DNA of 64,000 bases from Octopus vulgaris (GCA_951406725.2 OX597824.1:49042001-49106000), one strand, 5' to 3'. Shown: positions 27,997 through 41,295, counted from the stretch's first letter. The notes: generated by a model from the sequence alone, not told the origin. Translations and numbers: made by a program.

Positions 27997-28564
27997 AAAC
28001 ATATAAAGGGGAGTTAAAAAAAAAAAAAAGCAAGCAAAATTTCTTGTATTTCACCCGGCTGTTGAGCCTTGACTACAGGTGCCACCAACCTAAACAGTCA
28101 GTCGTTTTCAAATTAGAAGCAGCTAAATATATATTCATATATTGAGCCCACATGAGGAGAGTAAAGTGAACAGGCAAAAATTCATGCCTTCAATAACTTA
28201 TATTTCTAATTAAATGACATATAATGAACAATTTGATATTTCTAAAAGAAAATAAATATTGATTTCCAATGTTTCGTTTATATGAGAGCCAAGTTTGAAT
28301 ATTTTGCCATAGAATTTGAAAATTACATTACAAATCACACTTAATATGTAATGCAAGCATGTCTGAACTAACCAAGCATACTTCTTTAAGACCACCATTA
28401 AAACTGAAGGCAGTACTTTGATTTAGTACATGGCACAGAACTTGCATATACTCTTTCCACATATCTTCTTGAAAATATGAGCAGGGCTTATGCAATTTGT
28501 AGCAATAGTGAGTGTGAATGAAAATTATCTCTCTAACCAATTTTATAAATAACATTAAAATAAA
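27992..28564 (+). terminator. Candidate TRNT1 polyadenylation signals (AATAAA at 27992, 28251 and 28559)
   Basis: AATAAA hexamers at or downstream of the stop codon; the first overlaps the TAA. Sequence alone cannot show which is used. Confidence 0.4.
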
Positions 28565-28643
28565 GTTAGAGTTGAAAAGAGCAGCTTTCTATTGAAAAGA
28601 CAACCCATTATTGGTTGGTGTCTCCTGTAGTCAAGGCAACATT

Positions 28644-31600
28644 TTTATTTACATTAGCAACTTACTTCAAAACATAGGAAATATGCATTCACATCGGAGA
28701 TTAGAATTCTGAATACAAAAATTTGGTTACAATATATGTCAAATGTCCAAAAGATAATAAGTTGCTTTTCAGCTGAAAAACAGAAAATTACATATCCAAG
28801 ATAACAATGAGAATTTCATTTTTTAATTTTCCTATGATTCTCACGCTCCCACCACCACATAAATAGTCACATACTTGAAAACACTAGCTTAATTTTATAT
28901 AAATTAATCAGAAATAGTTTAATGTTACTTTCAGATGTTGTGAAGCCTTTGCAGAACTGTTTCCAATATTTAACCATCTAAATTTACTTAAGGTCATTTC
29001 TCTATGAAATATATATTTTGCCCACACCATTGCAATATACAAATAATGACTTTAATCTGACATACAATTGTAATGTACTTTCTAACAAAATATTTAAGCA
29101 AGCAAAATATAACATCCATTGAAAGCAATCCGGTTGTATTAAATGTTGCAGAGTCTAATGACAACATTCTTTATCAAATGAAGTAGCAACAAAACTAATA
29201 ATATTGGTTTTCAGCTTGATATTTATAAAAACCAGATATTATTCTACATAAATCCACTGAAGCAAATAAGACTTTTATGAAAATATAAATACAGATGATA
29301 GAGTAATTCCCTTACCCCCTAAAAAAAAGACATATACACATGTATGGAGGTGGTACCATAACCATTGAAGATTATCCAAGGCATGGTTATTGTTAGATGA
29401 GTTAGACAAGGGAACTATAGAATAAAGCATTTAGTGTTCACCTTGCAATGATGAATGTATCTCAATTATAAAATGCGGAATTTCAATAAATAGAATAAAA
29501 TTTAAATGTATTCTATAATTATAGCAATAAATATCTTCACTATAAAGCCAATCTTTGTTGGAGAAAGGTATTTATAGTCAATTAAGCCCAATATGTTACT
29601 AGAAATTTTAACAGAAAAAAAAAAAAGCAACTACTGAAGTATAGCATCTTTTATAGTTATTCTATTATCTTAACAAAATATTAACAAGACACCAACCAAA
29701 ATGTGCATAAATTGGTCATACTATATAAGATAACACTAAAGCAAATTATTTTTTGAACTACTACCATATATACCAGATTTTAAGAATAATTAATAAAAAA
29801 GAAAACCAAGGACCAACACAATAAATAAAAGGACTGTTTTGGATTGTAATCAAGAGATATTTAAAGCCATAAATTCGAAACAAATTTCCTGAAATATTTC
29901 CCTGCAGAAATAAGGAGGCAAATGAGTTTTGAGTGGGGATATAACTCATGTAGAATATAGAAAATTAGATGATGAGGTTATACCGGTTGTACTATTTGCC
30001 CTCCAACCAGAACTTTTGACTGAATACAAAAGACAGGCAGAAAGATGTTCAGTCAAATTTATTTTTTTGTTTATATCATGGCATTTATTAACAACAGTAG
30101 GATTACAAGATAAAAATTCCCTTTTTACTAATAGACCTGACATATCTTGCTAAAAAGCAAGACCTAAATGTTTGGTCTCACTTGACAGCCTATCTTTTGT
30201 TGTTTTTTTGTTTTTATTTTTTTTTCCCAATCTTTATCAAAAATATATACATTTCCTTGGGTGGGGGCTCTCTCTTTTTTACTATCATCCTTGTTTCCCC
30301 ACCCTTGTTTTTTTTTTTTGTTTTTGGTAAAAATTTTTTTATGTCCATTAAGCAGACCAAAGCAGAAGGAATGTCCAGCCACGGCTCAATGCTGACTCCA
30401 CTCATTTTTACTTGCATACCCTGCCTAAAAGTCTCGCACACTGTGGCAGAACAACTACATAAGTACATGGTGATGAAGGAAACTTTTTTAGTGAATTTAT
30501 TATAATGGATGAAAAATTGGGGCAAAAATGCCAGAAATGGGGTTTTCAATACACAATTAACACATTTTATTAACAATACTTACACAGTACAGTCTACTAT
30601 GGGCCAACATACTATGTATAAAGCATGACCCAAATTGTTTTTTTTTTTTAATTTATCATACAGAAATTTAATGTACAACAAAAATCATCTTTTACCATTT
30701 TTTTTGTTGTTATATTTTTTGTTTGTTTAAAGGTGGTTTTTTAAAATTTTTATTTTCTTTTTTTTTTCTTTTGAAGATTTAAAAAAATGTTCTATGCTTT
30801 GAATGAAATGAGATTGTATGTAAACAATAACTAGCCATTGATAGACCTCATGTTTCTGTCAAAATTGTTCATAATTTGACTGCTTTGGTACAAACTGAAC
30901 AGTACCCTCAATTTTTGCTGCCTTTTTTTTTTAATGTTAGAATAGATGCAGCTGTGCCTATAAGATATATTTTTTTAATTGCTGTTCAATGTAGAGATTA
31001 AAGCCAGAATGGTTTTGTGGAGATGGGCATCATATTGCTATCAAAGCAGTAACAACACAAAACCCTTCTTACTGAAGTGGCAGTATACCACACCAAAGAA
31101 TATAGTGTGTGTATATGTATATGTGTGTGTGTGTGTATTAAATGAGCAACTAAATTTCCTTTAAACCTCAAATATATATGTCCTAAATCATATCTCATTC
31201 GTTCTATTCTAGAAATTTCTTTCTATGATTTCAAAGAAACTTAATTTTAATGCAAAAAAACATCCAGCAGAAAGAGTTCAATTCATGAGCTGCTTCTTTT
31301 TCTTTTTTTTTTTTTTCATTTTACTTTATACCCCCACCTTGAAAATTTTTTTAAAAAAATTATTTCCATTCAATATCTAGTTTGAGGATACAGTCCCATT
31401 TGACAGTGGCTACAAATTGATAACTGATGAACTAGAAAGATGTCTGCATGAATGGGTAATTTGGATGTTATAGTTGACATCATGAATTTAGAATGCGGAA
31501 TGCTAATTGCTGCATTGAGGTACCTTCTTACTACCAGAGCCAGTTAAAATATTCAACTGACTAAATATCTGCTGCTGGTCCATAGAAACAAGATTATCTT

Positions 31601-31707
31601 TACGGCCATTCATCTGTATTTTCTCTATCGTAAGGTTCATTTTTATTCATTTTATCCACTTCAGCCAACAATCATTACACAGCAAATACCAGCCAAAATT
31701 TTAATTT
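28644..31707 (-). other. PPP4R3: Probable long PPP4R3 3' UTR with a distal poly(A) signal at 28644-28649
   Basis: About 3 kb of AU-rich sequence after the stop with no SINE/LINE copies I could recognise, unlike the neighbouring introns; minus-strand AATAAA sites include about 30566, 30496 and 28644. Confidence 0.5.
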
Positions 31708-31827
31708 TTATGTCGCCAATCGTGGCCGTTTAGATGATGGCGCAGTGACTTCTGACTCTTCTTCCTCCTCCTCATCCTCATCAGAATCTTCATCTGGATA
31801 ATCCACTAATCCTCCTATCAAACCAGG
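31708..31827 (-). CDS. PPP4R3: PP4 regulatory subunit 3 (SMEK/falafel homolog), last coding exon
   Basis: ttttcag| PGLIGGLVDYPDEDSDEDEEEEEESEVTAPSSKRPRLAT*; conserved GLVDYPD motif, acidic tract and terminal basic NLS-like KRPR. Confidence 0.95.
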   Translation of the reverse strand, partial: PGLIGGLVDYPDEDSDEDEEEEEESEVTAPSSKRPRLAT

Positions 31828-32520
31828 CTGAAAAGACAAATAAATAAACATTTTATTCCCTAATTTTCAATACAATTAAATGGACAGTAGTTATTGATAA
31901 ACTTTGTAAGCAGTAATACAATATATAAAATATTAGCATTAAAAATAAACAGTATTAGGATCCAATAAATTGTTTTGAAATATTTCAATTAATCCACTCT
32001 GTTCTTCACCTTCAGAAATTGTACAAAAAAATAAATAAAAATAAAAACTAGATTACATTGCTTACATTACAATAGTTCCAGTGAAATAGCTAATATATAG
32101 GCTACTATCTTTTCAGAACTGAAGATAAATATATACTATCAAACTAATTGTACACTCTTGTTAATTTACATGAACTCTCGTTTGTTTTCAGATCCTTATT
32201 TTGAGAGAACCTTTTAGTCTTATTGAAAACATTACCTCTGTAGTCCTGGTGCCATGAAAAAGATTAACCTAACCAAATGAACATTCTAAGCATGATATGG
32301 ACGCAAATTAGTCAAGGAAATTGGCAGGGAGCCTATGTTGGTATGGAAGGCAGACATAAAACAATCATGATATATATTGATTTGTTGTTTTCTCCCAAGA
32401 TACATTGAAAAATGATGCAAGTTTGTTAGATTTCCCTCAAAACATATAATGGATTGTAGACTCCTCCTATGTGTAGTTCATATGTAATTCTTGCTGTTAG
32501 TAAATTGGAGTATATATATA

Positions 32521-33921
32521 TATATGGTAAATGAAAGACGATGGAAGGTACAAGAATTTTTATTAATCACGACAATTGTTCCGAAATATCTAACACCAAT
32601 CTCTCATGGGTGGAATATTTAACAACTGGTTCAGGAGCATCCAACAGTGAAGATGTGTGAAGGGTGATAAACAGATATATATAACTTGTTAAAATAACAG
32701 TTCCACAATGTACCTTCTCATTTTGGGTAAAGAAAAGCAGCAAAACAAAAGATATATCTTCATTTATAAAGAAGATCAAAAATAAAATAATAGATGCAAA
32801 AAAGAAACGAACACACAATACAGTGAGAAAGGTATTAAAAATAACCATTAACAGACAAGGATGTATAAATGCCCTTGCACAAGCTGCATGCACACTCACT
32901 CATACTAGCATCCACTAAGATGTAAGCATATGCACATGTGGTTTGGTGCACACATGTTCACACAGCAAATTAAATAGCTACTTGGTGTTTATAAGAATAG
33001 GGAGGTTAAAGCTAAACTTAATTCATCCATATCCTAAAGTAAATTATGTTAACTGTTACTCAAATTCATTCCCACTGCATTGTGCAAAAGTACATTTATG
33101 TGCATGTAGGCATCTTGAGTCTTTCAAAAATTCTATGAATGATTTTCTCATTAGTCCACAGAATAGACAGGGATTCCTCTGAGCAGAGTTGGCATCTCCT
33201 GGAAATGATATTGTATGGTTTTGCATGCCTTACTATGGACCAAGTTATGTTATACTTAATTTTATCTTCCTTCAGTTGCCACACAAAATTGGCCAAAGAT
33301 GTTGAATATCTCTTACTGATTCACTTGAAGCCGGCAACATGGTTGTGATAATAATTCTTAAATGAATCAGCTGTCTGCCCAATGTAAGCATACGGCCCAC
33401 CCCTTCTGTACACAGTACATTTATATACAAGATTTGTACTTATACAGAGGTTCATCAATGGGCATTTTGATTTTTCTCTGCATGAGCATTTATTATATTT
33501 ATTTGTATATATAGCAGTCCTGACTTCATTTTCCAATGTTCTTTTCATTCAAGTTTACATCTTTGTTGATATTTAGATGCATATGTTTGCTAGATCCAGT
33601 AGATGGGTTATTGAACTGTTGTTGCATTTTACTATTGTTTATGCAGTGCATATGCTGCTCTAAATTAGTAGAGTTAGCATAGGATACCTTCACAAGCATG
33701 GTATCTATTAGATTTAGGAAAACATTTGTCTAAAGCAGCAAAAAATTTTCCAGCAATCTTGGTTGAAACATGCAAACCAAAAATTGGGTTGGACCAGAGG
33801 GCATCAGGATTCCTATATCTGTTATTTGGCTTATTTGATCTAGTGTGTTGTACAGGATTGGAACAATTTACTGTGTTATTAATAAAAATTCTCGTACCTT
33901 CCATCTTTCATTTACCATATA
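32521..33921 (-). mobile_element. Penelope-like retroelement 3' fragment with inverted terminal duplication
   Basis: GIY-YIG-type endonuclease remnants KCSCREKSKCPL..NLVYKC..YIGQT..FK..YHNH and RCQLCSEE; about 48-bp ends (32521-32570 / 33874-33921) are inverted copies. Confidence 0.85.
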
Positions 33922-34169
33922 CATAACAAACACTGTGAAAGTAACCGTGATTTACCAGTAAGCTACCAAGTATAAAGCATTCATTTTATTATATATATAT
34001 ATAGTCAAGCAGAACCATTTCCCTGATGATAGAGTTCCATCCTCTTTCATACTCACTAATACATTTGGTCTTTGCTAAATTCACACTGAGACTTCTGGAT
34101 CCAAGGTTTTGTTCCTGCATTTGGAATTTCTATTCTAATTCTACTGCAGATTCAGCTTTGAAAACTAGG

Positions 34170-34715
34170 TCTTATACACCTCTGATATGGATTGAAGGAC
34201 TATAAACAGAAAGGAGCAGAAGACTGAGCTCAAGTGCACCTCCACCTTACTAACTACAATTCTGTACATGGATCATACAGCTCTCACAAGCCATTTATCT
34301 ACTCCAAGCCTCCTTGGTGACCATCACATCACACAGCAGAAAACAACAGCAAAGACCTTATCAAGGGCAATTAATGCTAGATATAAAGTCTTATTCCTGG
34401 TTAAATACTTTTGCAGCTGTCCAATTGGAAGGATAGCATGATCTTGGCACAAACTCAAATTGCATCGCTACTATATTCTTTTCCTAAACAATTGTACTTA
34501 TAACCTCTTCTTGCTTCATAATCTGGTCAAACACCTCTATGGTTTCCTTCCCATAATGCATCTCCATTATCCTTTGCAGCAGTTGATTGCAATGTCAGTC
34601 ACTGGCTAGAGCACTTTCCTGTACAATCTGGTGACTAACACATCTCCCACACTACCAGATATTTTAAGCAACTCAGCAGTGGAGATTCCCAATGGACCAG
34701 GTGCCTTTTCTACTG
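34170..34715 (-). mobile_element. Degraded RTE LINE RT fragment
   Basis: Reverse strand reads approximately KAPGPLG..AELLK, MQFEFVPR, QLQKYL, ALDK. Confidence 0.55.
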
Positions 34716-35045
34716 ATACACACAATATAAATTGTTTGACATTCAATGAGACTAAAAGTAGGTGCTTTTGAGATTTCAAGCTTAAGGTTTTTGAAAATTT
34801 GTAAGTAAAAAGGAAAATGTTAAAAAAAAAAAAAAGTCAGTCTGTTGAAAACGGTAGATGTCAAATAAAAGTGACAGGGAAGAGTTGAAAGAAAACTGTG
34901 TTAATTATGAAATTAAGCACATGTACCCATGTATTAAAGTGTTTAAGGGAGGTAACTGACGTGTGCAACACACCCATACATTGAAAATGCTAATCATGCG
35001 TTTCTAATTTTAAAAATATTCTTCAAGGATGATGTAAAGGTTTAC

Positions 35046-35278
35046 CTTTCTAGTAACAACTGACTTCTCTTCACTTGGTGAAATGCCTGTATTGGAAGTA
35101 ATGCCAGAACTTGTTCTTCCAGGACTACCCGGACTTTTAGGGCTTGTAGGGCTTCCAGGACTTTTAGGACTGCCTGGACTTGAAACAGGACTGCTACTTT
35201 TGATATTAATGCTTATTGCAGATGTTTTGTTATGGAGCTTTATAGGACATTCTTTTGTTAATTCAGATTGCTCTTTGG
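35046..35278 (-). CDS. PPP4R3: PPP4R3 exon, Ser-Pro repeat tail
   Basis: ttttag|...|gtaaa; (A)KEQSELTKE...SSPGSPKSPGSPTSPKSPGSPGR...VVTRK resembles the PGSPGSPGS repeat of vertebrate PPP4R3; phase 1-0. Confidence 0.9.
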
Positions 35279-37249
35279 CTAAAATTAAAAAAATATTTCA
35301 AAAAGAAAAATTAACAATTAGTACATTAGACAGGCATATGCATAACCACACACTGTGTGACAATAACTGAACAAAGAGATTAAAGTAGAAATTGAACCCG
35401 CATCTACTACTACTACTAGCCATTCCCAATTTTCTCGGTTTGTAAATTTATGAATGTTCACACAAACTGCTTTAAAAACAGACACTAGTCATAATTTTTC
35501 ACGATGTTGTTGGATTCATTTGAGAAGCAATTCATGATATTGATCCAAAAGACAGAAAAGTCTACATTCCAAAAACAATTACAATTACTATCCATTTGAC
35601 AAGCTTCTGTACATTTTCCACCAACCCATTTTCAGTCATGGTTGTGACTGAAAATACTTGCTCAGTGTGCTATACATTAGGGTCAAAATTAAAACCAAGA
35701 GATTTCAAAGCAAACTTTTTTTTGTCTGAACTCATAATTTTAAATTTCAGTATTAATTTTAGTGAGTTTACAAGTGGCTGCAGGAAACTAACTTAATAAG
35801 AAGCAAAAGTAAATAAGAATCAATCCCAATAACAGAAATGGAACTGATATTTTAAAAGAAACTTGGGAAGGGATGGATCTAACCATACTCTTCCTGTTGA
35901 GTTTGAAACCAACTGACTATTTCTTTTTCATTTTCCAGGAAACAATTGCAGAGATACACTGTCATGAAAGGCATGAACAAAAAGGAATGGAGTGATTGAT
36001 TGCGGTTGCTTTCATGGATTGTTCAAATTCAAGTACTTCCTGCCGCAATTGTAATCATGACAGATTACTTATTTGGTGAGTTGTTTCCAGTATATGTATT
36101 ACTTGTGATACTGGTAATACACCAGCACATGGAGAAAGCAACCATGACCTGCTGTTTAAAATAAAGCTCAATTCCTGGACAGTGGCAGAGGAAATTCAAA
36201 ACTAAGCCATAACCCACAACTGTTCAGATGAAGGAATGGTTAGGCAACAACAAACATATTTCTGCCATATACACCTGAAAAATCAACAAAATGAAATATT
36301 AAAGGCTGGAAAAATCTGGATATGATTGGAATTCTAAGACACAGACAAACAGTGGAGTAAATCAGCATTATCTAATGTTTGTTGTATTTATCATTCTTGT
36401 ACTGTAATATATATTAATTTTGCTGACATCTTTGGTCATCCTTGTCAACATACATGTATGCCGGAGTAATTGTAAATAGGAAAGACTGCAACTGGAAAAC
36501 TCAAATTAAGTAATGTTACAATGAGCATCAAATTGAATTTCCTTTTCACATCTGATTAAGACTGCATTTGTAATCATAGACCGCAAGAGTTATATCATCA
36601 TCATCATCATTTTAATACCCACTTTTCTATGCTTCCATGCAACAGATTTTCTACAACCAAATGCCCTTCTAATCACCAACCCTCATCTGTTCTCAAGTAA
36701 GGTAATATTTCCTCATGGTCAGACATGCTTTCGCAGAATATGGAAAATAAACAACACTGCTGGTACAAACAGTGACGCTCATTTACACTCTATCAAGACA
36801 AAGAGACACAAACATACATGCACATGATTGGCTTTTTTCAGTTTCCATCTACCAAATCGACTCACAAGGCTTTGGGCAGCCCAAGGCTAGAGCAAAAAAC
36901 ACTTGTCTAAAATGCCACATAGTGAGAATGAACTCAAAACCAGACAGGTTTATCAATTGTATAAAACCACATTATATGATTAAGATGAGGTGGTAGTAAA
37001 AAAATGGGCCTGATGCATGTCAAAATTCTGGAACATTGGACAATATAATTTAAGTGTAATTTCCAGTCTGTATTATATAAACTGGAATGTTTGATACCTT
37101 TCCATGAAAGAAATATTTAAAATATCTGTTGTTTACAATTTTTTTTGTTTCTCAGCATATGTGCCTAAAATGTGCTCAGTAATGATTTTGAAATCTACCA
37201 ATTTTCCAGAACATTCTAGAAACTTTCAGTGCTAAGTAGCTGATATAAA

Positions 37250-38930
37250 ATTTTCTCAAAATTTTAAGAATTTCCAAGTAACAAATAGTAAATACAATTC
37301 ACTTCAGTTGCCTAAGTGGATAGATAGGCCCAGCCACATTTATCACAGATGGCTACAAGAGCTGCATGTATATGGGAAGCATATTTTGCTACATCTGTAA
37401 TTTATCAAGACAAGAATGAAAAAGTACTGTGACAGCACCCACTAAATAAGTGGGGTCTACAAGGGACATTTTTTGCATGCCTATTGGGGATCCCGATAAA
37501 CTTGGGGCACCTCTTTCACCTGTGAACACTACATTCTACAAAGTAAAGATGTACAATTTCTGCTTGCTTGAATAGTGAAAATCTTATATCATGAAAACAA
37601 TTTTATTTTACTCCTTTGCAGAATGGTGCAGAGAAGGAAAGAGAACCACAAGATTCATTATCCCAAGAACATGGTGGGAACCCATTGAATGCTCAAAAAA
37701 ATCTATACTTCTGCATGGTAGACCCTTCCAATGTAGGGCTTGCAAAATTTCAATTCTTATCATATACCCAAACCTTACATCACCCATTGTCTCAGTGCCA
37801 CACTATCCTGCACTTCCTGTACCCACTCTGTCAGAGAGAGAAAGAAAGAGCAGGTCAGAACAAGAGAAAGATGTAAATACAGATGGCAGTTTCAGAGATG
37901 CAACTAAAAAGAGAAGAAATTTAAAATAATTACAACTTGATCGGAAATCTAGTTAAGACGAAAGTGTAGTCACAAATCAGAAGCATCACCTGGTTTTAAA
38001 AGGTTTTCTACTTGTTAAAATGAGCTCTCCTTCTTCCAACAGATGACAAGTACTTTGCTAGATGTCTTTAAGTACAATTAGTATAGTCAGGAGGTTATCA
38101 GACTTCAAAATGGTAACATTACTAATGAATGGGCTTCCAAAATAGCTTTACTGAATTTCCCTGCTACCTTTGCCTTTGGGACAGCAGCACACTATCATTG
38201 GCAGTGCTAGTTACAATAGTCTAGAATTCTGTATGAAAAGGGACATTGTTAAGTGTAAGTCATCGGTGGAGTCCAGTGCACTTAAAATTAGGTCTAATGA
38301 AACAATGTGTCACAAGAGCTCTTCATAAGGAGTCTATAAACTTTAAGTACTATTAAGATTTCCTACCTAAGTTGTCAATGCAGGTGTTTTTGTCAAACTA
38401 CAGGTGAAGCTCTTGGAGCATTTAAAATTCTCCAAAATGCTCAAGAGGAAAGGAGCACTTTGGAATAGCTTTATCACAATGATTCAAGGTTTCTTAAACA
38501 ATCACAAGGCAGAGAAGTATATAAAGCTGGTTGAGACTCTGGTGAAAAACTACAGCAAAATGGGCTGCAGGATGTCCTCAAGTCTATATCTTTGGCACTC
38601 ATCTTGATAAATTCAAGAACATAGGAGTATACCCAAAAGAATAAAGTCCAGTTTATACTAGGTTTCAAACACTTTATCAAAGAATATGTAAATGAAACAT
38701 GATTGCAGATTATATTTAGTGGTGGGTGGCTTACACATGAAAGCAATTCACATATTCACAGATCTTTTTTAAAAAAAATTAGCTCCAAATTTTTGTGTTC
38801 AGCTTAAATTTATGTTGTTGCTTTTGATAACTTTATGTGAATGAAAAAGTGCAAATTCACCTGTTTCTTGATATGAAATAGATAAATTTTGAAATAACAT
38901 TATTCAAGTCACAAAATCAATGTTTAAAGG
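37250..38930 (+). mobile_element. Degraded DNA transposon, Chapaev3/CMC-like transposase pseudogene
   Basis: Fragments FCYIC, IGDPDK-WG, IPRTWWEP..YFC, YPNL..PVP, HLKLGLMKQCV and WNSF..GFLNNHKAEKY..MGCRMS match my recollection of this family; the superfamily call is from memory. Confidence 0.6.
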
Positions 38931-39318
38931 AAGTAATAACCTTTCGTAACACAATTATCAACAAACACTTACTACCTAAGAACAAAAAGTGGATTACACA
39001 GTGTCATACTTTTATGTTAAATTTAAAATCCAATAATGGACACAACTATTCCATTGACCTAACAGTTCTGCTTCTTTTGCTAATTAATAAATATTAACCC
39101 ATTTTATATTAGGATTATAAAAAAAAAAAAAAAAAAACCGAAGTTTACTTTTTTTTGTGATTAAAACAAATAATTTTACAAATATCTTGTTTTTAAATTG
39201 TTTTCTATATCCACCTTATTGTTTGTTGGTTCTACTAAATTCTCCAGTTTTGAAAATTAATAACACGAGCCACCTAACATGTGTTCACACAAGCACCCAC
39301 AAAATAATTGCTTTTTAC

Positions 39319-39509
39319 CTCTTTTATTTTCAATAAACCGACTGATCTGATCAAAGTCTGGATCCAGCTTATTCTTTAAGATGTCTCCCATAGGAACAAT
39401 ACTCTCTCCATCATCAAGATCATCATCTTGATTAAAGTACATGTCTTCCTCTTCATCAAGTGCTCGTTCATCACGACGGAAACGGCTGTTACGAAGGATA
39501 GATGGCATG
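39319..39509 (-). CDS. PPP4R3: PPP4R3 exon
   Basis: tttcag|...|gtaaa; (S)MPSILRNSRFRRDERALDEEEDMYFNQDDD...QISRFIENKR, a conserved SMEK motif; phase 2-1. Confidence 0.95.
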
Positions 39510-41149
39510 CTGAAAAAACAAAAACAATAAGCAAAATACACCAATTTTGTACAAGTAGTCTTAATCCTTCTATATTATATAAATAAGCTAAAAGAAAAAA
39601 AGCAACCTGAGCAGAGTGTAACTGACAAACATTTTGTTAGATCACATAATTTGGTCTTCAAGCAAACCTACAATAAGATGGCCCCCTATCAACAGACTGA
39701 AAACCTGACTAAGTCATAGTACACTACACCATTAGTAAGTAGTAATAAATAAATATTAATGTATAGCTGGAGTGAGCAAACAACAGTTGCAGTAATTTTA
39801 GTTCATTTAACCCTTTCAATACCAAGACAGTTGTAGCCAGCTGAGAATTTTATTGGCAAATTTTACTAAAATGGTTGAAAGTGAGAAGTTTAGCACAAAT
39901 CTCATTAGTACATTCAGGAAAACACATGATTTCATTATGTAAACAATTGAGCTATACTGTCCAACATTATTTTACATGATATCCAAGTGCTACAAAGTTT
40001 TGGAGATTTTTTTCCGTTTCTCCCACTTTGATTTTCAGAAAAGTTTCATTCACTATGAATGAAAACTGGATACCAGTTTCATGTTGTCAAGCAGTGGGTT
40101 GAATTCTCTGAATAATCAGAGAAAATATATGGCTAACATAAAAGCCACATGTGATTATAAATCAGATATTTGTTTTCTGAAAGTAAAACAATCAGACAAC
40201 AGTCCCAATAGCAATAATAAGTGGGGGGGGGGGGTCCTGCACCTCGGTTATTTTTAGGACAATATTAGACATAGCCACAGTTTTTCTAAGGAAACAAAAC
40301 TTAGATTTTTATTTTTCACTTTCCCTTTTGAAATGATTACTGCAGAAATGAACCGTTACACAAAACATAAATGAAGATGAAAACGAGATAGTTTTCCACA
40401 TACTTGGAAGAAAGATGTGAGCATCTTTAGAAATTGTTGGTTAGTTGGTTGGTTGGTGTGTGTGTGTGTGTGTTTGATTTATACATATTTTTTCAAATTT
40501 ACCTCATTCTTATTTTAAAGTTATCTGTAAGATGTGTGACAAATTTTGATTAATTTGTATTGAGAATCATTATTATGTGTGTTTCTGTGTATTTATGTAT
40601 GTGTGTGAGTTCATTTCATTTAGTTAATTTCAGTATTTCATTCTGTACCGTTAAGGTACTCCTGTCTCATGTGCATTACATTTGACTGATAGATATCCAG
40701 TATTTTAAACACTTTCTGCATGAAAATTTTGTTGTATAACTTAACTAATAACTCATTTTCTAAGCTGATGTTTAAGCAAAAAATGTTATTGATTTTATAT
40801 TTTGTTGAATTTACTTATAACCTTTAATTCAAAAAATCACAAACATGTTGAAAAATAAAAAGTTGTTTTATGAAACCAGTCTAAATTCACGATTATTTTA
40901 GAATTTAATTGAAACACACAAGGGTTGTATCTGGGTTATAAATACAGTAACAAAAGTGTTACTTCTTGTTGATTGCAGTAATACTTACAGTTGACTGCTT
41001 AATAAGAAAAGCAGCATTTAGTCCAAACACAAGAAAACTGCACAAATTTTTGGAGTCACTCAGATAAAGATACTTATTGCATTTATTTAATATTTAAACT
41101 GAATAGATCAAAAAAAAATTTTTTTAATGAATTCATTTGAAATATTTAC

Positions 41150-41295
41150 CTTTCAGTTGCTGATTTTTCTCTAATTCTATCCTGTTGCTGCTCATACCGA
41201 TGTTTTAAAGATTTAAATGTATTTACATAGTTAACATTTTCTAGATCTTTAATGTGATTTTCAGCAATGTTTGTGCAAAGAGATCGGATATCCTC
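41150..41295 (-). CDS. PPP4R3: PPP4R3 exon
   Basis: tatag|...|gtaaat; EDIRSLCTNIAENHIKDLENVNYVNTFKSLKHRYEQQQDRIREKSATE; phase 0-2. Confidence 0.95.

Noticed and set aside
28016-28029. Genomic A-run shortly after AATAAA suggesting a retrocopy tail
   Set aside because: The exon has a proper acceptor and upstream introns, and A-runs are common throughout this interval; the run may cause internal oligo-dT priming artefacts.
29345-29392. Faint resemblance to the U1 snRNA 5' region (taccataaccattgaag...tccaaggcatggttat)
   Set aside because: Lacks the ATACTTACCTG 5' end, the later stems and the Sm site; too weak to call.
35083-35370. Plus-strand ORF with collagen-like LPGLPGLLG repeats
   Set aside because: It is the antisense reading of the PPP4R3 Ser-Pro repeat exon.
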